From NCBI GenBank assembly GCA_023920165.1, contig CP089275.1, positions 4,402,001 to 4,466,000 of the forward strand: DNA of 64,000 nucleotides. The letters run 5' to 3'. The stretch is from Curvularia clavata (taxonomy: Eukaryota). Every line of letters starts with the position of its first letter. The first letter of the stretch is position 1. The position numbers and the translations under genes are program-made. The notes under the pieces are model-generated. The model was not told the origin of the DNA, searched no databases, and was given only the letters and a program-made list of their open reading frames with translations. Shown here piece after piece: positions 56,301-64,000 of this stretch.

Positions 56301-59300
56301 TCAGTGCAATCGTCTCAGTCCCTCAATCAACGCCTTCACTTCTTCCAAATCGACGCCCAACCCTTCAATCGCCTTCTTCTGCACGTCCTCACTCACATCC
56401 AAGAACCTTTCCACCAGCTCCCCGTCCACAAAGCGCATGGGCTCTTCCTCCTCACGCACCGCATTTTTGAACGCCCGGAATTTGGCAAACTGCATATCGC
56501 CAGGTGCGACAACGAGAGAACCCAGGTTTAACTGCAGCGTCATGAGCAGATTTTGGTAGTCGGGCGATATAAGACCGAAAAGGTAGATGGAGCCCTCGAC
56601 CTGTTGTTTTGGAAAGATCAGCACAAGTTACAGCGCATCAAGCGAAGATGAAGAGTAGAAACTGCGAGGATGCATGAGGAGTTGGTTAAGACTTACCGTG
56701 CCGACAAAAGCTTTTGGTACGATGACCGCATCTGCAGCTGTCAAGACGTCTACCCTGCGTATTCTGTTCACCATCTCGCCGAGGAGCATTTCGGAGCTCA
56801 CATTCAGTCGCCTTTTGTCGTCGTCTGTGACGCCGTTGGGATCGCGGTATAGTACCATGAGATTGCCTTCTGCATCGCTTTCGAGGTATGTGTTTGTGTC
56901 CACCTCTGCCACGGCTGTCGCCCATGAGGTCTGGTAGTGCCGCGCCACTTCCACGAGCTTGTCTGGTAAGCCTGCCTCCCCCCTTGTGTATTCCACCACG
57001 ACAAGCGATTTCATTAGGTCTGCTATCGCGATCAAAGGGCCATTGACCGTGACATCTATCGGAGCAGTTGAGCACCGGAAAGATGCGAGTTTAACGAGAC
57101 CAGGTGTGCTGGGAGTTCGGTACTCGACATCGTACACGACGATTGTCTTGATGAGTGCTGCGACAATCTTGCCCTGACACATAGCTAGGCACCGGCATCC
57201 ACCTTTTACGGCAATCTCAGTGACGGGCTTGAGTATGCGCTCTGGCGTGACCTCCAAAACGATGATGCGACCTCGTTCTGATGTCGTGTTCTGGTCATCG
57301 ACATATGCAGTGCCAACGACAAAGCGCTCTGCTAAGCCCCCGGAACCGTCTGGTAGCTCGCAGCGCATAACACATTCGACTAATTCTTCTTCGTTGAGCG
57401 CATAGGTATCTAGTTCTTTGAACTGAATCTCATCGACAAGCTTGAAGTGGCTTATCATAATCTCCTCGCCGTTTTTGAGTATACGCTTTATTGTGCCCAG
57501 ACCAAAGGCTTTCAGATTCGGAGAGTACGCTATCCGTCGTACTGTCTCATCGACCTTGAGTGTCTGCACGTGTGTAGTCCTTTCGGTGTCCACGAGTGCA
57601 ATGCGGAGGTCGTCTGACGTGGCAATCGCTACAGAGCCAGGGTATGCTTCTGAATCGAATGGACAGACGGTTGTCGCTTTTTCCGCGGTGACAGCAGAGT
57701 ATACGAGGCGACCTTCGGATGCGTAGATCAGGGATGGGTGTTCACATGTTGCAAAGACATTGTAGAGACCATCTCCTCGCGGTAAGGCGCGGAATGTGGC
57801 TTCGCGTGTTCCGAGTACGATACTCTTTCTTCCAGATAGCTCGTAGTTTGACTCGTCGAAACTGTATGTGACAACGTTTCCATCCGCTAGAGCGACGAAT
57901 AGTGAAGGCGGTTGCTCAGGGAAGATTTGTGTGAGGAGTAACGACCGCGGAACGGAATCCTCGGATATCTGGACAGCTTTAACTGCCTCGAGAGTATCGA
58001 GTGAGCATATAGCAAGCTGAGCGTTATTCCAGAAGCCAACGAAGCAAGTAGGGCTGGTTCCAGAGGGCAAAGCAACGCACGCGACCTGGCTTTCAGCACC
58101 AAATGTCTTCTCCTTGACTACCTGCAAACCGCCAGCTATGCTCAGGGAGACAATGGTGACACCACCCAATGATACCAGAACATGGGTCTCGTTGACTGAA
58201 GCAGCGGTGATAGTCTTTTCGTCTGTGGGTGCCCATTCTGATGTGATCATGCCGCCGTCTAAATCACAAATCCGAGCTCGGCCGTTGGTAACTTGAACGA
58301 TACGGCCTTGTGGAATATTCGCTGCAGCCAATGTTGTCTCATCGAGGGCTAGTGAGGCAAAGTCGTCCACCTCCTCTACTTCGCCTTGAGAATCAAATCG
58401 GAAAACGCGCGATTCACCCACAAAGCTCACGAGCAGCGTGTCTACATACTGAGCGGACGCAGTCGACTTCAAACTGAATAGCTCGGAAATATGCTCCATT
58501 TCACCCAGCACGCCAAGGTCTTCTAGCCCGACTCCACTCCTAACGCTTCGAAGACTGCCATCCTGGTATGCACCACTACCAGTGACTATCCGCGCCTGAC
58601 CAGAAGAGTATTCGTTGGTCTGACCTTCGCCGGACCTGTTTCCCATATCCATGATGGTAAAGTCAAGAATAGGGGCGATGTTGGAAAAGGTCTGAACAAT
58701 CTCCATGGATCTTTCAGCAATCCTGATAACTTGTGAGTCGCCTTGATGTGAGCCGACAAAGACATAGCCTGCGTCTAGGTATACCAATGTGGATGCTCGG
58801 GATGTCTGACCGATGGCGTCAAACTTCCACGATTGCACTTTCCCTTGAGCGTTCAAGACCAGCATAAGCATGTATAGGCGACCATAATCATCGGCGAGTA
58901 TGAAACGCTGGGCGTCGATGCGTTCCCAAGCTACGAAAATAGTAGCTTCATCAAGCGGCTCTGTCTGCAACTCCCCACTCTCGTCATCGTAGTAGCCGAT
59001 CGATGTTTCTCCGATTACGACCAGGCCATGCGAAGGTTCCTCGAGAGGGATCAAATGGCTTGCACCGAGCTCTATTTCACTCTTGCAAGTCTCGCCTTCT
59101 TGAAGATCGACCTCGTCGCCAGCATATACCAGTTCTCGTAACTTGAGCTTGACTTGAGAATGTGTGTCCTCGTATAGCAGCGCCATCTTGGGCTTATCGT
59201 CCGTGGATCGCGGACGCAGGAAAGCAGACGAGCGAACAAACATTTCCGGCAGTCGAACTGGCTGAGGATCGCCTAGGTGGGCAATGTCCGCCTCTTGCTT

Positions 59301-59802
59301 TCTCTTTTTGCCCCTCTGTACCAAGGGTATTACGGTGATGATGCCCTCATACACCTCGACTGTCATGAAGCGTCCAGAGGGGTCGATATGACATCTTTCG
59401 CCCGTTTGTGACTCTCGTGCCGCATTGTCGGCGACACTTGCGAACGACTTTTCGGTCTGAAGCTGTTTCTTCTCGGCGTTCCATGACAGGGTGAAGTACA
59501 TAAAGCGGTCGGTACCTACGAAGAGGTGATCGGTGGGCGATAGCGCTGGTCGCAGCTTCTGGAGCATTGTGACCTTGCCATAAATTGCCTTGGAGTGTTT
59601 TAAGACCAATCCATCTGCCTCGTGTGTGTAGAATTCCAGCCTGTTGGACTTGCTGTCTTTGTGTTAGCCTGGTACTTTTGCTCTCTTACTCTATATGAGT
59701 TGCATACGCGACCACCAGGCAATCCTCTTCGGGTGCAAGGAAGTTGAGCTTGAGCGCATGCCTGACGCTGCTTGGCCGATGAATGGGTGCGATGTAGGCC
59801 AT
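56301..59802 (-). CDS. DDB1: DNA damage-binding protein 1 (CUL4 adaptor)
   Basis: MAYIAPIHRPSSVRHALKLNF, VFVGSHQGDSQ, NIAPILDF, TGSGAYQDGSLRSVRSGVG, IADLMKS, GTVEGS and FVDGELVERFLD...LRRLH*. Two introns. Confidence 0.95.
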
Positions 59803-59955
59803 GGCGATGTCGAACGAATGCTCTGAAGCCTATTGATTGCTTGCAGAATCAAAGTCGGGTTTGTCACTGTTGCCGGATTAGAGGTATCGGATGCATTCCG
59901 TCATGGAACTGCACGGGCCGCGGCTCCACGCGACTTCGCGTTGCGGGGCGGCGCT

Positions 59956-59982
59956 AACTTTTGGAACTTTTGGAACTTTTGG
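59956..59982. repeat. Perfect 3x tandem 9-mer AACTTTTGG in the DDB1/RPC37 bidirectional promoter
   Basis: aacttttgg aacttttgg aacttttgg, read directly from the sequence. Confidence 0.9.
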
Positions 59983-60021
59983 TCCCAGCGAGTCCTTTTG
60001 TTTGCACGCCGTATGCACACC

Positions 60022-61186
60022 ATGGCTCGTAAGTTGGGCCTCTGATCACCTTCCGCATACACTCAACATTGCTAACTTCACGGCGACTCCAGCAGCCATG
60101 GACGTCCAAGACGACGACCCTGTCGTGGCCGAGTATGATGTCTACATCACGCCTGATATGGCCGAACAGCAACTCTACGTCCTTCAGTACCTGAACCGCT
60201 CCCCGAACCTGCCTTTTACCAAGACTACCAACAGCCAGCCTTCTGAATTGCGCATCAAGAAGGACTCCGGCTTCATCGAAGTCGATGTCCCCATCGACAT
60301 CCACCAAAACTATAACCGCCTCGCCGGCGTGCGATGGGGCGAGGCCATGCGCAAGACCAAGGGCTTTGGCCAGAAAGCTTTTGGCATCGCCTCTGGCTTT
60401 GAGCGCACCATGCCTCGCAGTGGGAACCGGCCTGGTGCTGCTGGCGAAGGAGCCCCCGTAGCTCCCGTCACCGCCGATGACGATGACAACATCGAGGAAT
60501 ACGTGACTAATTTCGAAGACGCCAACGAGAAGGGACATGTTCTGAATACACAGACGTTTGGAGGTCAGATTCTGCATGAAGACGGCAAGGGCCCTAGCTA
60601 CATGCTCGGAACATTTCGTGACAGTAGGTCATCGCAACATGAATCATCCCTATGATCCTGCGCTGACTTTGGGTAGACGAACTCCACCTGACACGTATTG
60701 ACGGTGTCGTACAACTTCGAACCCAGTTCCATCACATCGACGCCTCTGCCCAGCTAGAGGCAGTCCAGCGCCGCCGCGAGAAGGAGTCACAAGAGGGCGC
60801 AAAGCTTGCCGAGCCGAAAGCTTTCCTCGCACAAGTCAAGAAGACTGGTGGTGACACGGCCGCCGAGCTGACACAAGCTTTCATGAAGGCGACAAATCAG
60901 GAGCCGTGGCAGCGGCTCAACTATTTTGACGAGGAGGTAAGCAGTCTACTTGGAACCAACTGCGCTTGCCAACTAATTCTTGTAGGACGAGAGAGCCTTT
61001 GAAACCTACCACGAGCGACTGTTCATCCAAGACGTTGCGTCTGCGCCCAAGCTACAAGCCAAGGTTGACAACAACGGCTTTCTCGATGCTATCAGCACGA
61101 GCGGCAAAGGAGGCAAAAAGAAGCCCAGGCGCAGTACTCAAGAGCTGGTAGAAGTTTCTGACGAATCCGATGAAGAAGAGCAATAA
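60022..61186 (+). CDS. RPC37: RNA polymerase III subunit Rpc37/RPC5 (Sin-like)
   Basis: 7-nt first exon ATGGCTC (60022-60028), intron to 60092, then DDDPVVAEYDVYI, LYVLQY, ELRIK, YMLGTFRD|ELHLTRIDGVVQLRTQFHHID and EPW. Three introns in total. Confidence 0.85.
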
Positions 61187-61324
61187 GAAAAAGAGACTAC
61201 AATGTCGTGGCAAGGTTGAAACAAATGAATCTTGACCTTACCTCGCCGCAAATTTACTAGATACCCCTAAAATACCATTTGACCATACCATGAAAACTAG
61301 CAGCACAGCCGGAGCTTCACCGCG

Positions 61325-63637
61325 TCAGCAACGCTCAAAGACGCGATACAGGCCCTTCAAGTTTGCCACTTCCGTGACCCCATTCTTGAGCATCCCCTTT
61401 GTCCCTACCAGCCGTGCCTTGCATGCAGGAAAGATGGTATACTCGATCGCGTGGAGCAACTCCTGGCGCCTCTCCGCCGCTTCCGGATCCTCATCCAAGC
61501 CACTCTGTACCTCACCGTCACCATTTTCACCGTCGCCCGCTTCGGGTGCAGGTGCAAATGGCAAGCTCTCTGGCACATAAAAAGACGCTATTTCCCGCAA
61601 AATTGTCCGAAAGCAGCTCTTTTCCTCGTCCCAGTTGACGTGGGGCCCTAGACGCAGCAGAAATTGCGGTAACTTGCCCATAGATGGCGTGTAGTCTTTC
61701 AGCAGAAGTGGGATCGAACAGAGTTCGCCTTCTGGGGTAATATCTATGGCGAAGTACTCGCTCAGCAGCGCCGCTTTAGTTATCAGCTGCTCTCTGACGA
61801 CGTCGACTACTTCTTCCCAATCTACTTCGTCCGCTGAGTTGCCTGCGTTGGCTTTCTCCTGCTCGACTGCTACCGTGAGTAGCTCGTGTAGCGATAGGGG
61901 TGGTTCAAATCGTATATATCCGTAGTTGGCAAAGTCATGCACACCGATTTGGTAAAATAATTCGTTGGAGAGCATTCCGTAATCAATGAGGAAGAGTTTT
62001 ATCCCGCCTTGGATGGCTGCGATACGTTTTTCTTCGTCGACGATGCCTACGAACGTATGTGTCGAAATGATATCAGTGAGTTCATTGTGCATTGCGCTAT
62101 GCACCTCAGCACGCAGTTCTTTGACCGATGTGAGTCGAGTTGCTATTGGCACCTTTTCTGTGGGCTCGTCTTCCATCTCCTCATCCTCTTCTTCACTAAT
62201 CTCCTCATGTGACTGTTGAGGCTGGAGCATAGTTGTGATTTTGCGAGCTGATTCGTCTGTTCGCACAAGACTAGTTTCGTTTCGTTTCCTGGTCGCTGTT
62301 TGGGGTGCATGTGAGGCGCTTCGATTTGATGCCTCGCCTTTACTTGGAGTCACAGGTAAAATCTGTTTCACAGGCGTTGCTAGTGGGACTTTGGGATTTG
62401 ACATGAGCGAATGTGTCGGGAAGATCCTGCTTGTGTCGACTTTGCTAAGGGTGTCGCGGATCGAGTCGCATATCATGGCAATGATTTCGTCTTCGTTCAA
62501 AAAGTGAACTTCCCGCTTTGTAGGGTGTACATTGACATCGACTCGCTGCGGCTCGATCTCGAGACTTATGTAGAAGAATGGATGCCCCCCTTTTGGCAGG
62601 AATGTCGCATACGTCTGCTCAACACTCTTCTTGATCACTGAAGACTCAACCGAGCGGTGATTGATGAACAGCATCATCTGCGTCTTTCTCACACTGTAGT
62701 TTGCATTGCTTATCCAGCCGTCGCACTTGAACCCCCAGCGATCGTCTTCAATGTTCAAGGCCACCAACTCATTAGCAGCACCACTACCATGGATCTGTCG
62801 TATGCGATCTTGTACAGTAGCAGATACGGGTACTGTCAAGCTGTTGCCAGAACTTTCGTTGACCCTTTTGCAAGAAAAGGCAACCCCTTGGCAATGTACA
62901 GCATAACGCCCAACGATGTCAAGTATTTTTGCATACTCCTCACTAGGTGAGCGAAAAGCTCGACGCCGAGAGGGGACGTTATAGAATAAGTCTTCAACCT
63001 AGCATTGTGTGAGTGTCGTTGCCTATGCCCAAGGTCTATCTCAGCATACCGTGATAGTGGTACCTTGCCGTCCTGCCTTGGGCTTTGGTTCTGCACTTTG
63101 GCCTGGTTTTGGACTGACAAGTTTGCCATCGGCGTAGTGAGCCTCCCAAGCACAGCTTGATTCTTTCGTCCTCGTGGTGACTTTTAGATGGGCAATGTGG
63201 CTAATACTCGCCAACGCCTCACCACGGAAACCGTACGTGCCGATAGACGTTAGATCCTCGAAAGCCTTGAGCTTGGAGGTGGTAAAGCGCTCACACAAGA
63301 TCGGCAAATCTTCTTTCTGGGACGGTTAGAATATCGTCTCCCTGTAAGGCGCCAAACATACGTCGATGCCATGGCCGTTATCCGTGATCTGCAGAAGCTT
63401 GAGACCGCCATCTTTCACCAAAATCTCCAGTGCAGTCGACCCTGCATCGACGGCGTTTTCAATCAGCTCTTTTAGTGCATGTTGTGGCGCAACAATGATC
63501 TCCCCAGCAGCAATTTTATTGACGACATCTTGCGAAAGTGCCTTGATTCTGCGCGGCGCAGGGAGGGAGAGGCTATCGTCGCCTTTGCGCTTGGTTCCAC
63601 GCGGTGACGATTCAGAAGTGTCCATGCTGTCCGTCAT
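61325..63637 (-). CDS. MLH1: DNA mismatch repair protein Mlh1 (MutL homologue)
   Basis: [54 protein letters not shown] and the diagnostic C-terminal VFERC. Two introns. Confidence 0.97.
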
Positions 63638-63651
63638 TATTGCAAACCAGC

Positions 63652-63947
63652 ACGCGCAGAAAGTTGTGTCTCATAAGATAATAACAACGACGCACATAAG
63701 ATGGAGGAGACGGAAGGCGCGACAGATAAGCGCCCCACTTTCGCGCGCTCACGTGCCAGTTTACCTCTCCATTAGGCATCCCTCTGCTCGCCAGCGGTTC
63801 AATACTTGTTTTTGATCTTCTATCGCGCAAAGATAAGCGATGACTGGTAGTGAAACAATCGCATCGGAACCTGCTTGTGAACCTCTCCAGAAATTTAACA
63901 CTGGCCTTTCGTCGCCACAGCTAGGGCACGCTCAGCCGAGCACGCGT
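63652..63947. promoter_or_regulatory. MCB/SCB-like cell-cycle elements upstream of MLH1
   Basis: ACGCG at 63652, TTTCGCG (CGCGAAA on minus) at 63739-63745 and ACGCGT at 63942-63947. These are short motifs and function is inferred. Confidence 0.35.
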
Positions 63948-64000
63948 ACCTCAAGCACTTCGATAGAGATAACCCATCATTCTTAGGAGTCATTCGGAAT

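Noticed and set aside
62836..63307. Apparent fragmentation of MLH1 (and other genes) into several ORFs, suggesting frameshifts or pseudogenes
   Set aside because: Canonical GT-AG introns restore continuous frames in every case I traced.

Overview
Gene-dense, intron-containing eukaryotic DNA from a filamentous ascomycete. Introns are short GT-AG with CTRAC/CTAAT branch points; Dothideomycetes/Pleosporales is my guess and is not proven. I reconstructed about 30 protein genes, mostly conserved housekeeping genes: TYW1, SEN34, DAD1, RHO4, LCB3-like phosphatase, an OSH4-like OSBP, PDX3, MET5, FAD1, U1A/U2B'', VMA8, SYF1, cnxE/gephyrin, VMA16, TOA2, TMEM42, DDB1, RPC37 and MLH1. Two looser, accessory-looking blocks interrupt them. 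The first (~27.3-35.7 kb) holds two small secreted proteins, a secreted multicopper oxidase and an MFS transporter. The second (~41.2-48.9 kb) holds a signal-peptide SET-domain protein, a Cys-rich single-pass membrane protein and possible gene relics. The best hidden element is absent from the ORF track: a complete dual-guide box C/D snoRNA (C, D', C', D boxes; 13-nt antisense elements to 18S and 25/28S rRNA) inside a 5'-UTR intron of the tRNA-splicing endonuclease gene SEN34, preceded by a pyrimidine tract and a 5-codon uORF. I saw no tRNA, rRNA, intact transposon or CRISPR array. All calls come from reading the sequence and recalling protein families; no searches were run.
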